Virus record (IMG/VR): IMGVR_UViG_3300047539_000055
DNA: 64,000 nt
DNA from: a virus
Lineage: Duplodnaviria; Caudoviricetes
Reading direction: 5' to 3' (one strand)
A program made the position numbers and the translations under genes. The stretch's first letter is position 1. Every line of letters begins with the position of its first letter. Of the stretch, positions 14,767 through 25,050 are shown in pieces. Below the pieces are notes generated by a model. The model did not search any database. It saw nothing but the letters and a program-made list of their open reading frames with translations, and was not told the origin of the DNA.

Positions 14767-15210
14767 ATGAAGCTTAATGAAATTCAATCAAAAATATTCT
14801 ATCATGGAAGTGAAATAGAACTTCCGGTTGGCACAATTTTAAAAGCCAGTAATGACTATGAAAATAGATGGCAAGATAACAATTTCTATCAAATCCTTGA
14901 AAAATTCAGACCATCAAATCAACTTTCTCACAAGCAATGTGTATTTATGTGTGATAATCCTGATGATCTTGACGCGGCTGGAGGTGGAACAGAATGGGTA
15001 TTTACTTTAAAACCACTTGGAATAGTACAAAAACATGATATGAATTGGGGTAGCGAAATTGATTGTTTAGTAAGTGATGGTTTTTCCGTGGACTCTCCAG
15101 CAGTGCAAAAAGCCGCCGAAAATTATTGGAATAGTATTCCTCATACCAATGAAAGTCTGTGGGAATATCTTACACTAAAGGCGCAAATTTTGAAGGTGGA
15201 ACCGTTTTAA
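14767..15210 (+). CDS. Putative ADP-ribosyltransferase (Arr-like) with head-cargo-type N-terminus
   Basis: MKLNEI...FYHGS..LPVG..L, VFMC, C-terminal WEYL; ATAAATA upstream. Confidence 0.5.
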   Translation: MKLNEIQSKIFYHGSEIELPVGTILKASNDYENRWQDNNFYQILEKFRPSNQLSHKQCVFMCDNPDDLDAAGGGTEWVFTLKPLGIVQKHDMNWGSEIDCLVSDGFSVDSPAVQKAAENYWNSIPHTNESLWEYLTLKAQILKVEPF

Positions 15211-15211
15211 T

Positions 15212-16504
15212 TTATTTCCTACCTTTCTTCCATCCCTGTTGCAAATAGTCTTCTAATTGTATTGGATAGATTCTTATTGCCTTGTGTTTTTTGACAATCC
15301 AAATCATTCCAAAACTTGGGCTTTTCTCTCCAGCAGGACGACGAAACCCTTTATGTGATTTACTTAAATTCAATATATGCTCCGCTGAAAAAATTCTTCC
15401 TAAATTTGCTTCACTCATCTTTTTTCGTTGTGATAATGGCTTTGGTTTTCCTTTGTGGAATTCGCTAATTTTCCTTCTGCCCGCTTCGGTAGGAATAATA
15501 TAACCGCAAGCATTTTGATTGAACCATCTATCGTCTCCAACTACTTTACAACGCTTCAGCACATTTTGTTCCCAATAATATGCTTGTGTAAGGGTATCAA
15601 AAGTCCGTCGAATTTCCCATTCAAATGCTGAAATTCCATGATCTTCTAATAATGCCAAAATTTGTTCACTACTTGTTTTATAGTGGATCATAAAATCCTG
15701 CATCGGTGTCAACCCTAGCGGAACATTTCCTGCACGAACCCCATAATAAACTTGCCCTGTTGGTTTAAATCTTATCAAATAAGTGTACGGTCTAATCTCA
15801 TTGATCAGTCGTTGATAACTTGAACTCAATTGTCGTCTTGTTTGAATTCTATTGGCAATTACTTCTTTTTCATATTCTTCTTTCTTTTGCTTCAAAATAA
15901 TTGCGGAGGCATCGCGAGCCTCTTGCATATTTGGAGCATATCCATGTGAACCAATATATGATTGAATTGCCTTATCACGAAGTTTTTTGGATTGGAATGG
16001 TCGTTCAACTCCATATTTTTCCTGCATAGTTTTTTTACATTTGTCTTGTACTATTGGATTATCTAATGGAGAAGCGTATCCAGTTTTTTCAAGCATTTTA
16101 CAACGAATTTCTTCAAGTTTTTCTGGGTTTTGCATTGCGTTTGGAGCGCCATATTTTTCCAAACAAGTATTACGTTGGTTAATCAACATAGTTTTTTTGA
16201 TTTCTGGATTATTTTGCCAAAATTGAGATAATTTGGTTGCCTGACTTTTAGCCTTGCAATCCTTATTACCACAAGTCGGCCAATATCCTTTTACATAGGT
16301 TTTGAATAATCGTTTCTTCCCACAAATACAAGTAGGTGGCTCAATATTGTAATGAATACAGAAAAACTGTTCTCCAATAGTGGGACAATTTCGTGTTTCA
16401 TTCCATTGTTGCAGAAAAATTTTCAAATTTGGTCTACAAGTGGCGAGGCGACCAAAACTTTTTGGACCATATTGTGTAATTAGTTTGTTTATTTCGTTTA
16501 TCAT
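15212..16504 (-). CDS. GIY-YIG homing endonuclease with EKYG repeats and NUMOD3-like tail
   Basis: YTYLIRFKPTGQVYYGVR; repeated LEKYG; RKKMSEANLGR. Confidence 0.75.
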   Translation of the reverse strand: MINEINKLITQYGPKSFGRLATCRPNLKIFLQQWNETRNCPTIGEQFFCIHYNIEPPTCICGKKRLFKTYVKGYWPTCGNKDCKAKSQATKLSQFWQNNPEIKKTMLINQRNTCLEKYGAPNAMQNPEKLEEIRCKMLEKTGYASPLDNPIVQDKCKKTMQEKYGVERPFQSKKLRDKAIQSYIGSHGYAPNMQEARDASAIILKQKKEEYEKEVIANRIQTRRQLSSSYQRLINEIRPYTYLIRFKPTGQVYYGVRAGNVPLGLTPMQDFMIHYKTSSEQILALLEDHGISAFEWEIRRTFDTLTQAYYWEQNVLKRCKVVGDDRWFNQNACGYIIPTEAGRRKISEFHKGKPKPLSQRKKMSEANLGRIFSAEHILNLSKSHKGFRRPAGEKSPSFGMIWIVKKHKAIRIYPIQLEDYLQQGWKKGRK

Positions 16505-16521
16505 AATAACATCCTAACATC

Positions 16522-16529
16522 TATTTATA
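16522..16529 (-). promoter_or_regulatory. T4-type late promoter TATAAATA
   Basis: Exact octamer 18 nt upstream of the ATG. Confidence 0.65.
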
Positions 16530-16596
16530 TAGAAGTCAAGAAATACTTTTGATAAGGACGACAGTTGATATATTGTTGAGGATAGGTAGACCAAAC

Positions 16597-16624
16597 AAAA
16601 AGCCCTTGATTTTCATCAAGGGCT
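16597..16624 (-). terminator. Intrinsic terminator after the major capsid gene
   Basis: AGCCCTTGAT-GAAA-ATCAAGGGCT-TTTT. Confidence 0.85.
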
Positions 16625-16651
16625 GATTGGTTATAACTTGTTTGTTTTGTA

Positions 16652-17836
16652 TTAGCTGAAGCTCAAGTTCGCGACGGCAATCGAGCTGAGATAATCGCCA
16701 GCATTACCAAGTGAGGAACTGGAGTTTGTAAGTTCTACATATCCATAACGGGTCAAGAAACTCGTTACTGGTTCGAAGGTAACTGGGTCAAGTACGACAC
16801 CAGAACTCATCAAAGGAATGTATGGGCAGTAGAAGGCGGCTGCATCAGATTCCGAAGAACCCTTATAACCAACCAACACTGGAACTGCATCGTTTGCATA
16901 ACCATTGACGTAAACCTTCAATGAGCCATTCAAAGTTCCGACAAACTTGGTGTTTGTTGGTGCTTCAAAGGTACCTTCAGTTGTACGAGCAAATGCAGAA
17001 GTTGTTGCGCTCTGCAAAACGGTAAGAGCAATTGGACTAACAACAGCCCAGTTACCTGCACCACGACGAGTGCGCTGTGCGATCAAGTTGCTTGCGCGAT
17101 TGATCATGATTGCCAAAGCTGCGTGTTCGTCACCAACATATGTTGCGGTACCGCTAACCAAAGACTGATCAAATGTCTGATCTGTACCGGAAAGCGAGTA
17201 GAGCGAACCAAGAATTTCCTGGTCGATTTCTGCTGTGATTTCCTGTGCCAAAGCAGCCATGATTTCGGCTTCGATGTCGATTCCGTGCATTGCTTGTGCG
17301 TCTTGCGCGGCTTCAAATGTCCAACGGGCAGAAAGCTTACGGCTCTTGGCTTCAACTGTCTGACGAAGAATCTGAACATTGATCTTGTTACCTGCTACGC
17401 CTTCCAAGTTTGCTGTCCAATCTGCCTGACCAGTAGTTGCACTACCAGAATAAGCTGTTGCAATCTTGAATGGTGACAAAGCTTCATCACCGGCATTTAC
17501 GCTTGTGTTCCATGGATATGGAGCAGAAACGTTGTCAGTCTGACCATAACGGACACGAAGTGTCTGAATCTGGCCTACTGGACCTGTCATTGGCTGAACA
17601 CCAACCAACTCGTTAGCAATAACGGTTGGCATTACACGTCGAATGACTGGTAGAATAACGCGGTTAAGGGTTGCAATGTTACCAGCAGATGTAGAACCTG
17701 TGGTAGCACTTTCACGCAATTGCTTGCGCGTGTTCTCTAGGACTACACTCATAACCGTTTTGCGATTTCCTGTTAGTCCTTCGAGCAGGGCGTTCTTGGT
17801 ATCGGCCCAACGATTTTCCAATAATGGTGTTGACAT
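16652..17836 (-). CDS. gp23: Major capsid protein (T4 gp23-like)
   Basis: VIRRVMPT.IANELVGVQPMTGPVGQI, AKSRKLSARWT.EAAQD, FYCPYIPL, TRYG; AAGGAG RBS. Confidence 0.97.
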   Translation of the reverse strand: MSTPLLENRWADTKNALLEGLTGNRKTVMSVVLENTRKQLRESATTGSTSAGNIATLNRVILPVIRRVMPTVIANELVGVQPMTGPVGQIQTLRVRYGQTDNVSAPYPWNTSVNAGDEALSPFKIATAYSGSATTGQADWTANLEGVAGNKINVQILRQTVEAKSRKLSARWTFEAAQDAQAMHGIDIEAEIMAALAQEITAEIDQEILGSLYSLSGTDQTFDQSLVSGTATYVGDEHAALAIMINRASNLIAQRTRRGAGNWAVVSPIALTVLQSATTSAFARTTEGTFEAPTNTKFVGTLNGSLKVYVNGYANDAVPVLVGYKGSSESDAAAFYCPYIPLMSSGVVLDPVTFEPVTSFLTRYGYVELTNSSSSLGNAGDYLSSIAVANLSFS

Positions 17837-17869
17837 TGTTTTCTCCTTTAATTTGTTACAGCAAATCAA

Positions 17870-18964
17870 TTAATTTGCTGTTAGCCCTGCCAAACGTTTG
17901 ATTTCGCTTAGTTCGGTTTCGTCCATTACGACAACTTTGTTAGTTTTATCCCCAGTTGATTCGTGCAACATATCCTTACCAATTTTTACAACTGGCTTCT
18001 CTCTGTTGTTGAGAACTGCTGGAAGATATTTGTTATAGGCGGTGCGCAATCTATCTGTCTGCGTACTTTCTAATAGTTGACTCATTACATCACGCTTTTC
18101 TTTCCCAAGAGGACTTAGTAATTCGGAAAGAAGTTGCTCTCTCTTGGTACGATCCTCAAGCTTTTTCAAATCCTGATTCTTTGATTCAACTAATTTGTTC
18201 TTGGCTACAATCTCTTTACGAGATTCAGCAAGATTCTTTTCGGCTACTACCTTTGCTGCCTTTAGCTTCTTGACTTCAACATTTTCGTTGAGGTAAGTGC
18301 CAGTAAATTCTGTTGCAAAGGCTTCAAAAATCTTTCGGCCAAAATTATTTTCACGAGCCACTTTAATATCATCATGAAGCTGAGTAATTTCGTGATTGAG
18401 AGTCTCAGAAACGATCTTAGTAACTGCTTCACCGCTACGTGCTACAAACTTCTTCTTCAATTCTGAAAGTTGAATCTTTGCTTCTGCAATCAACTTGACA
18501 CGAGTTTCACGAAGTGCTTGCTTATCTTCTGAGAATTCATTAATCTCTTCTGCAAGAGCGCTCATAACAAAACGCTCCAACTTATCTTGATGTGCTGAAC
18601 CCTTCTTACGATCTGTAGCAAACTCTGCTAATTCTTCTGCCAAAGCGCGAGTTGCAAAAGCGTTGAACTTCTTGGCTGCGTTTCGTGTTTCCTTGACTGT
18701 GCCAATCTTCAACTTTGCTAATTCGTTTCGTTCTGTTTTGACTTTTGTGATTTCGGTATTGAGCGTTTCATTAACCATCTTGTCAAGAGTCTTGATCATA
18801 ACCTCTTTATCGTGTTCGTAACGGCCGGCAAATTCTTCGCGAATTTCAGTTCTTACAGAAGTCTGAAGTTCCTTGAGTTTTGCTTCCCACGCTTCTTCGA
18901 TGGCACCACGAGTGGATTCATTTATTAATCCGCTTTCTAGCAATGGCTGTAGGGCATCCAACAT
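17870..18964 (-). CDS. gp22: Prohead core scaffold protein (gp22-like)
   Basis: Coiled-coil, many LxES sites, directly upstream of gp23. Confidence 0.85.
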   Translation of the reverse strand: MLDALQPLLESGLINESTRGAIEEAWEAKLKELQTSVRTEIREEFAGRYEHDKEVMIKTLDKMVNETLNTEITKVKTERNELAKLKIGTVKETRNAAKKFNAFATRALAEELAEFATDRKKGSAHQDKLERFVMSALAEEINEFSEDKQALRETRVKLIAEAKIQLSELKKKFVARSGEAVTKIVSETLNHEITQLHDDIKVARENNFGRKIFEAFATEFTGTYLNENVEVKKLKAAKVVAEKNLAESRKEIVAKNKLVESKNQDLKKLEDRTKREQLLSELLSPLGKEKRDVMSQLLESTQTDRLRTAYNKYLPAVLNNREKPVVKIGKDMLHESTGDKTNKVVVMDETELSEIKRLAGLTAN

Positions 18965-19096
18965 AATGTGTCTCCTAATTGAATATATTTACTGTGTTTA
19001 CTAATTATTAGAGCTATAATGCACATTTTTGATGGTTTTTGTATAATATAGCTCACTTTTACCAAATTATTATATATGCATCCTATAAATTAATGA

Positions 19097-19846
19097 TTAT
19101 TTCTTATCCTTTCTCCCGAAACAATCCTTACAAAAAATTTTCTTTCCTTTAGCAGTGGAAGTTTTATAAGGAATTGGTCCACCACAGCCAGAACAATTTT
19201 CACCATGTACTATTTTTGTCTTTTTGTCTTTCTTATCCTTACCTTCGGCTAATTTCTTAGCGAATGAACCATGCTTTGAAAATGGACCCGGAGTTGATTC
19301 TTTTACATTCTTTTTCTTTGAATCTTTGCCTCCATGAATACTACAATTTGGGTTAACTTTTTTACTGGTTGGACATTTACATCCTTTCAATCTTTCATTT
19401 TTCCAATCAGAAGATTTACCTTCAAGGAAGGGGCCAGGAATAGTAGCGTTATCACTCTCAATACTACCTATACGATCATCTGTTGATGCCACTTCATCTT
19501 GAGGAAGTAAACCTTCTTTTCCCAAATAATCCATAAGATGTTCTTCTATCCACTGATCAGGATCGCCAGTTCTTGCTTTTGCTGTTCCATAAGGCATATC
19601 AGGTGAATAATATTCATATAGAGCATATTGAAATTCTTTACTAAGGTTAAATAATTGCTCACCTTCAATAAATTGATCAACATCCGGTGAATACTGCTGA
19701 AGGATAGCTTCCAACTTGTGATGAACGCTTTCTTTAAGAGTTGACTCTTTTACGTTCTTTTTATCTTTTGCTTTCTCATCTTTTTTCTTGCCTTCATTAA
19801 GCAAGGTGTTACGATATTTTGCCATTGTTTCTGTTAAAGTTGTCAT
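19097..19846 (-). CDS. Basic putative internal head protein with repeated VKES/LxEG sites
   Basis: LNE|GK, VKE|ST x2, LKE|SV, FLE|GK, LAE|GK; YYSPDMPYGTAKARTGDPDQW block. Confidence 0.65.
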   Translation of the reverse strand: MTTLTETMAKYRNTLLNEGKKKDEKAKDKKNVKESTLKESVHHKLEAILQQYSPDVDQFIEGEQLFNLSKEFQYALYEYYSPDMPYGTAKARTGDPDQWIEEHLMDYLGKEGLLPQDEVASTDDRIGSIESDNATIPGPFLEGKSSDWKNERLKGCKCPTSKKVNPNCSIHGGKDSKKKNVKESTPGPFSKHGSFAKKLAEGKDKKDKKTKIVHGENCSGCGGPIPYKTSTAKGKKIFCKDCFGRKDKK

Positions 19847-19872
19847 TTTGATCCCTCGATACTCCTTACTAT

Positions 19873-20136
19873 TTACCAATTATTTCTGAATTGATCCGGA
19901 TCCATTTGTCTATTGTATTCCGCTTGCCAACCAGCATCAGAATTTTGCTGTTTCAAATCAAAAATTTGTTTTTCAAGATATGCGATATATTTGTCCATTT
20001 GATAAGCATCATAAAATTTATCATCTGTTTCAAAAGCGCCATTTTGTGCTACGGGTTTTTTTGGTGGGAATCCTAATGGAGTTACGGCTTCTTTAAAAAT
20101 GGCGAGATATTTTTCTAATTCTTCTCTAAGTTCCAT
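19873..20136 (-). CDS. Putative internal head protein
   Basis: MELREELEKY N-terminus shared with the neighbour. Confidence 0.6.
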   Translation of the reverse strand: MELREELEKYLAIFKEAVTPLGFPPKKPVAQNGAFETDDKFYDAYQMDKYIAYLEKQIFDLKQQNSDAGWQAEYNRQMDPDQFRNNW

Positions 20137-20150
20137 TATTATCTCCTTTA

Positions 20151-20570
20151 TTATCTCCTTGGATATTTCTGTTCGTCACCTAATTCTATATTGTGAAGCG
20201 ATCCCTTTATGGCTGGTTTTCTTGCGACATCGTTTCCAACAGACTTGAACACTACATTCTTTCCAAACACGGCGGCGAGTGCCTTATCAGAGATTGGAAA
20301 TCTACCTTGCATTTGACCGCACGCTAAACAAAGGTCGCCCTGAACATAATCTCCGTAACCATCATTCTGATCAATGCCGATTCCAGCAGGAACATAGCCA
20401 TCTAATTCTATACCCTTGAATGATGTGTAGCATAAATCACTACATTTGCCACTGAAAGTAAGGATTTTATCTGAACCACATTTTTGACATTTACCTTGAC
20501 CTTCCAACAAAGGCTTTTTATCTTCACTAAAAATGTCGCGGTACTTCTCAAGTTCTTCTCGGAGTTCCAT
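20151..20570 (-). CDS. Putative internal head protein, Cys-rich
   Basis: MELREELEKY...LLE|G then CQKCG..KCSD..GYVP...GDY...CLACGQ. Confidence 0.65.
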   Translation of the reverse strand: MELREELEKYRDIFSEDKKPLLEGQGKCQKCGSDKILTFSGKCSDLCYTSFKGIELDGYVPAGIGIDQNDGYGDYVQGDLCLACGQMQGRFPISDKALAAVFGKNVVFKSVGNDVARKPAIKGSLHNIELGDEQKYPRR

Positions 20571-21235
20571 TACTGCTCCTTAACGAATACACCAATTACA
20601 TCACGTTTTCTATTTTTTAATTTTTCTCTACGACTAATTGCGCGTTCTAAACCATATATTTCTTCCCAAGTTTGTTTTTGCTTTGTCAGGTTATTTGCCT
20701 TCTTAGTTACACTAATTTTCTCACATACTTCTTTTGGTCGAGTTTTACCTCGCAATAACGCTGCCCGTTTTTCTACCACCGCTGGCGACTGTGGGCCAAA
20801 TTTTCTTCCTTTATTTAAACTAATACATCCCGTTTTAGCAATACTTTCTAACTTCGCTGAACGTGCCACAATCAAACTCGTTTCTTTTGTTAATCCTTTA
20901 TTCCAAGGTTCTTTTCCTTTTCTATTACCCACTTTTCCAACAAATGACCATTTACCATTACCGTTATGTAGATTATAACACATTGGATCGTGCTTAGCAT
21001 CCAAACCAATCAGTACTTGGGTTTCATATGGTAATGCATCTATTGGATCAACCATTAATAAAATAGTTCTATTCCAGTTCGCGGGATTCTCTCGTATCAA
21101 AGTTTTAACTAACTTACTGGAGCAAATATATCTATCATTAGGATGACATCCTTTACTTGCATGAGAACCAATATACCATTTTCCAGTTGAAAGCTCTGTC
21201 CATTTATATACAAATGCTTGTGTTTTCTTTTCCAT
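20570..21235 (-). CDS. GIY-YIG homing endonuclease
   Basis: FVYKWTELSTGKWYIGSH; PWNKGLTKET. Confidence 0.8.
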   Translation of the reverse strand: MEKKTQAFVYKWTELSTGKWYIGSHASKGCHPNDRYICSSKLVKTLIRENPANWNRTILLMVDPIDALPYETQVLIGLDAKHDPMCYNLHNGNGKWSFVGKVGNRKGKEPWNKGLTKETSLIVARSAKLESIAKTGCISLNKGRKFGPQSPAVVEKRAALLRGKTRPKEVCEKISVTKKANNLTKQKQTWEEIYGLERAISRREKLKNRKRDVIGVFVKEQ

Positions 21236-21879
21236 TACCTCTTTAGTTCCTTGATAAACCTTGTAAGCTGTTCAGTTAAATATTTTTGAACGCGGGGATT
21301 ATGATTAATTTCTTCTGCTATTTCAAAAGCTTTATATCCGCCGCGAGAATTAAGCAACGATTCATATACGGGTTTTGGCCATGCATTCATCGCACTTGGC
21401 TGGGCAACTACATCTACTGTAATAATTTCAAACTCGCTTACCTGACCAGTACTTTCATTGACATTACCACTACCACGACTACTAACGCCAAGTTTTGCGC
21501 CACTTTCAATGATTGAACGAATAATATTTCCCATTGGAGTAGAAAGAACTTTCAACTTACCAAGTCCATTGGCCCCTTCCATCCACATTCCAGTAATTAT
21601 ATGACTTACACGATCCAAACTAATTTTTAGATCATCCGGATGATCTAATTGTCCATACACAGGTATATCAGTTTCAATCAATGTATTCAATGATGTAACA
21701 GCATTTTGAATTTCTGAAACTGGATAAACTCGCTGATTATGATTGCGAATATCTCCCTGAATAAATATTCCCTTCATGTATAAATCTTTCTTTTTTTGTC
21801 CCAAAGCGTCAACTGATTCTAAAATTTCCGTGGACATTGACGAAGGATTTTGATATTCCATTAACATCTGTTTGTTCAT
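21235..21879 (-). CDS. gp21: Prohead protease (gp21-like)
   Basis: GIFIQ..RNHNQRVYP, LDHP, VSH, GVSSRGSG, DVVAQPSA. Confidence 0.95.
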   Translation of the reverse strand: MNKQMLMEYQNPSSMSTEILESVDALGQKKKDLYMKGIFIQGDIRNHNQRVYPVSEIQNAVTSLNTLIETDIPVYGQLDHPDDLKISLDRVSHIITGMWMEGANGLGKLKVLSTPMGNIIRSIIESGAKLGVSSRGSGNVNESTGQVSEFEIITVDVVAQPSAMNAWPKPVYESLLNSRGGYKAFEIAEEINHNPRVQKYLTEQLTRFIKELKR

Positions 21880-21903
21880 AGGTTAACCTCATAGTATCTG
21901 TTG

Positions 21904-21911
21904 TATTTATA
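21904..21911 (-). promoter_or_regulatory. T4-type late promoter TATAAATA
   Basis: Exact octamer upstream of gp21. Confidence 0.65.
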
Positions 21912-21917
21912 TACAAA

Positions 21918-21946
21918 CTAAAATTCGGCTGAATACTCAGCCGAAT
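21918..21946 (-). terminator. Intrinsic terminator
   Basis: ATTCGGCTGA-GTAT-TCAGCCGAAT followed by TTTAG. Confidence 0.7.
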
Positions 21947-21975
21947 CTTGGTCATAAATGAACTAAGTTATGAAT

Positions 21976-22875
21976 TTATGCTTCAACACTCTTCTTGTTG
22001 ACGGTTGGTTCTTCCTTAGTAACTGGCTTTGGTGCTGCTGTGAGTGACTTGACACCTGCCTTTCCACCTGGACGATTCTGAATCTTATCAGTTGTCAATT
22101 CTTTTGATGTTGGATTTGGACGACCCTGTGAAGTTCCGCCTTTGTTCAAATTCTTGGCAGAAACACCGGATGCAAGACTTGGCTGAGCCTTGATTGGGCT
22201 AGTCTTTTGAACAAAGCCTTCTTCTGTCTCATTAGAAAGACCAGCAGTTACACGATCAACATATTCACGAATTACAGATTCGTCAACTGGCTCTTCTTTT
22301 TCTTCTTCGTCTTCTTCCTTCTCTTCCTTTTCTTCGCCTTCGTCGTCGCCACCGAATTCACCTTCGGTTTCGTCTTCGCCTTCTACATCTTCTTCGCCAC
22401 CTTCATCATCAACTGCGGAATCAAGTCCTTCCAGACCTTCTTCCTCTTCAAAACCACCTTCTTCTTCACCTTCTGCTCCACCTTCTTCAGCGTGTAGAAG
22501 TTCTTCGAATTCGGCCTTGAGTGTATCAAATTCAGATTCAAGATCGGCAACACGATCATCAAGCTCTGGGTTTAGTTCGGCTTCATCGCCTTCTTCGCCA
22601 AGACCTTCATCACCAAAACCTGCGCCTTCATCATCGGCAAAAACATCCGTTTCAAGATCATCGGATTCGTCTCCACCAAGTTCATCTTCACTTTCCCCGG
22701 CGGCTGTGTGATCGGCTTCAACATCGTCAAATGCGCGTTCGGTATCATCAATATCCAACGCTTCATAGATTTTACGGCTCTTGTCAACGACAATTTGGTG
22801 AAATAGGCTGCGAGCCTTTTCTGTATCGTCAGCAATAACGTATTCAATAAGTTTATCAAACTTTGTTTTCGACAT
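21976..22875 (-). CDS. Acidic prohead core protein
   Basis: Extremely D/E-rich; lies between portal and protease. Confidence 0.65.
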   Translation of the reverse strand: MSKTKFDKLIEYVIADDTEKARSLFHQIVVDKSRKIYEALDIDDTERAFDDVEADHTAAGESEDELGGDESDDLETDVFADDEGAGFGDEGLGEEGDEAELNPELDDRVADLESEFDTLKAEFEELLHAEEGGAEGEEEGGFEEEEGLEGLDSAVDDEGGEEDVEGEDETEGEFGGDDEGEEKEEKEEDEEEKEEPVDESVIREYVDRVTAGLSNETEEGFVQKTSPIKAQPSLASGVSAKNLNKGGTSQGRPNPTSKELTTDKIQNRPGGKAGVKSLTAAPKPVTKEEPTVNKKSVEA

Positions 22876-22922
22876 ATTATAATCTCCTCGATTTCTAAAT
22901 TTCTGTAGTATTTACTTTCTTT

Positions 22923-23642
22923 TCAAAAATTATGACTATTAGCCACGAATTCCTTCAAAAACTCATTAACTTTGGCTACCTCTTCATAAGAAACTACCAA
23001 TAAAGGAATGTTATGTATCTTGCAATACTCCTTTTTAATTTGATCCCGATGATGCATTTTTTGCTGTTTTGCTTTTGAAGAATTATCATTTATTTCATGT
23101 TCGCCATCGTACTCAATCAATCCAACTAATTTAGTTTGATCAAAGATAGCAAAATCAAAAAGCAACGATCTTTCATTTTTACATCCAAAAATTGTAAATT
23201 GGCTATCAAACTCAATTTTATTTTTTACTAACCAACTTCTGATCAATCTTTCTCCCTTTGATCCTTTACATTTTGGACAACCTTGCCCGGCCAAATGATT
23301 ATTTGGTCGTTGAGGGAATTTTCCATGAACAGGGCAAATAATTTCTATCTTGGTTGCACTATTCACATAATCTACTAACGAATAATTATATTTTGATTGA
23401 TGAATACAGTTTGCTTTGATTATGAATGTCTGTTTATCCAATTTTTGATTATTCGAACACTTGGCGCATCCTTGCCCATTTAGATGATTTTTCGGTCGTT
23501 GCAAAAATTCTCCATGCACAGGACAAACGATGATTCCTTTGGTTTGATTATCGAAATAAATGAATCTGCTATAATCGTATACCTGATTAAAAATCTGATT
23601 GGCTTTTTCAGCAAATTCATCTCGTGTATTTTTTCGTCTCAT
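22923..23642 (-). CDS. Putative homing endonuclease (CPxHGxF repeats plus Vsr-like domain)
   Basis: CPVHGEF.QRP.NHL.GQGC x2; FDFAIF...LIEYDGEH. Confidence 0.8.
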   Translation of the reverse strand: MRRKNTRDEFAEKANQIFNQVYDYSRFIYFDNQTKGIIVCPVHGEFLQRPKNHLNGQGCAKCSNNQKLDKQTFIIKANCIHQSKYNYSLVDYVNSATKIEIICPVHGKFPQRPNNHLAGQGCPKCKGSKGERLIRSWLVKNKIEFDSQFTIFGCKNERSLLFDFAIFDQTKLVGLIEYDGEHEINDNSSKAKQQKMHHRDQIKKEYCKIHNIPLLVVSYEEVAKVNEFLKEFVANSHNF

Positions 23643-23645
23643 AAA

Positions 23646-24749
23646 TTAGCGACTTTTCTTAAAGTAATCACACCATACATCTTTTGAATCTTTACAATAA
23701 TCAATTAATTTTCTGTAATTTATCTCAGTGAAAATGTGTTTAGTTATTGGATTCAACACTCTATGAATCACAGTATCAATTGAATTGATATCAGTTGGAT
23801 CAGCATGACTAAACGGTGAACACCAATTAATTTCTTTGGATGCAACTAATGGAACTCGCTCATTGACGGAATCAGCCGCCACGATACAAAAGGTTTCTGA
23901 AAAAGAAACACACATTGAAAGGTCCATCTGACGAACTAATTTTAGAAAATCATAATGTGGCATCCAAGGATGAGCAACAAGAACATTTTTTGTTCCAACA
24001 AACAAGGCTGCAATATTTTTGAAATTATTATTACCACCTTGCTCAAGACGTGAACCATTCATATGAAAGTGCAATACACGATTATGCTTTGTGGCATAAT
24101 TGATTGCTGCCATCGCTTGAATAAGTTGATTTTTTAGTGGGCGAACCGCACCAAAACAGCCAAAATGTAATGGGCTGTTGCGTTTTTCTCTTTCCTTTTC
24201 TTCTGGCTCATCAGTTGTTGGATAATAATTTGGCAAGAACCAAACTTTTTCTTCCAATGTAAAATCACTCCAATTTTCATGATTCGCTTTTACTAATTGT
24301 CGCAAATTTCCAACTGCATGTGATGAATTACAAGCCACTAATACATTGTGATGAAGAACATATCTCAATATCCATTCAATAGCAATTCCTTCCATAGCCA
24401 AAAATGGAATTTCTGAATGTAAACGAACAATCCATTTCACGTATGGATGCAATTTTGTGAGAATTTCAAATTTCTCAGGAACAACCCAAAGACCTTCGAT
24501 GATTACATGAGTTGGTTTAAAATGATAAACCTCTCTGTCAATATCATTATTGTCAGTTACTTCAACCAATTTACAATGTATTCCCGAATTCAACAACATT
24601 TTTTCAACAAACAAGGCACTGTTATACAAACCACTTGTGAGTCGTGGAATGTCTGGATTTTCTGAATCGCATGGTGCATCTGGATAATCATAATCACCAT
24701 AATGACGGCGCTTTAGAATGAATAGAATTTTAGCGTTGTTGATTATCAT
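23646..24749 (-). CDS. GT-B (GT4-like) glycosyltransferase
   Basis: FGAVRPLKNQ...SFSETFCIVAAD. Confidence 0.7.
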   Translation of the reverse strand: MIINNAKILFILKRRHYGDYDYPDAPCDSENPDIPRLTSGLYNSALFVEKMLLNSGIHCKLVEVTDNNDIDREVYHFKPTHVIIEGLWVVPEKFEILTKLHPYVKWIVRLHSEIPFLAMEGIAIEWILRYVLHHNVLVACNSSHAVGNLRQLVKANHENWSDFTLEEKVWFLPNYYPTTDEPEEKEREKRNSPLHFGCFGAVRPLKNQLIQAMAAINYATKHNRVLHFHMNGSRLEQGGNNNFKNIAALFVGTKNVLVAHPWMPHYDFLKLVRQMDLSMCVSFSETFCIVAADSVNERVPLVASKEINWCSPFSHADPTDINSIDTVIHRVLNPITKHIFTEINYRKLIDYCKDSKDVWCDYFKKSR

Positions 24750-24760
24750 GTTACCTCTGG

Positions 24761-25000
24761 TTACATCGGTTGTTCTGTTTCGGCGGGACGACCATACTGC
24801 TTTCTAATATTTTCAAGATTACTTTTCAATTCAAAATTTCTAACATCACGAATAAGGCGCATACGATTGATCTGACCCAAGGTTAGTTTGGTCTTACGAA
24901 GATCATTGAGTTTTGGAACCTCATTGTCTTCTCCTGGGTCCATATACTCATTTTCTCTTTCTTGTTCATCATCGGATTGAAACATTTCTGTAATGTTCAT
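24761..25000 (-). CDS. Small head-module protein
   Basis: RKTKLTLGQINRMR; follows the portal; ATAAATA upstream. Confidence 0.65.
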   Translation of the reverse strand: MNITEMFQSDDEQERENEYMDPGEDNEVPKLNDLRKTKLTLGQINRMRLIRDVRNFELKSNLENIRKQYGRPAETEQPM

Positions 25001-25050
25001 TGATAGTATCACCAACTATATTTATCTAAACTGTACTAAATTGCTCTAAA

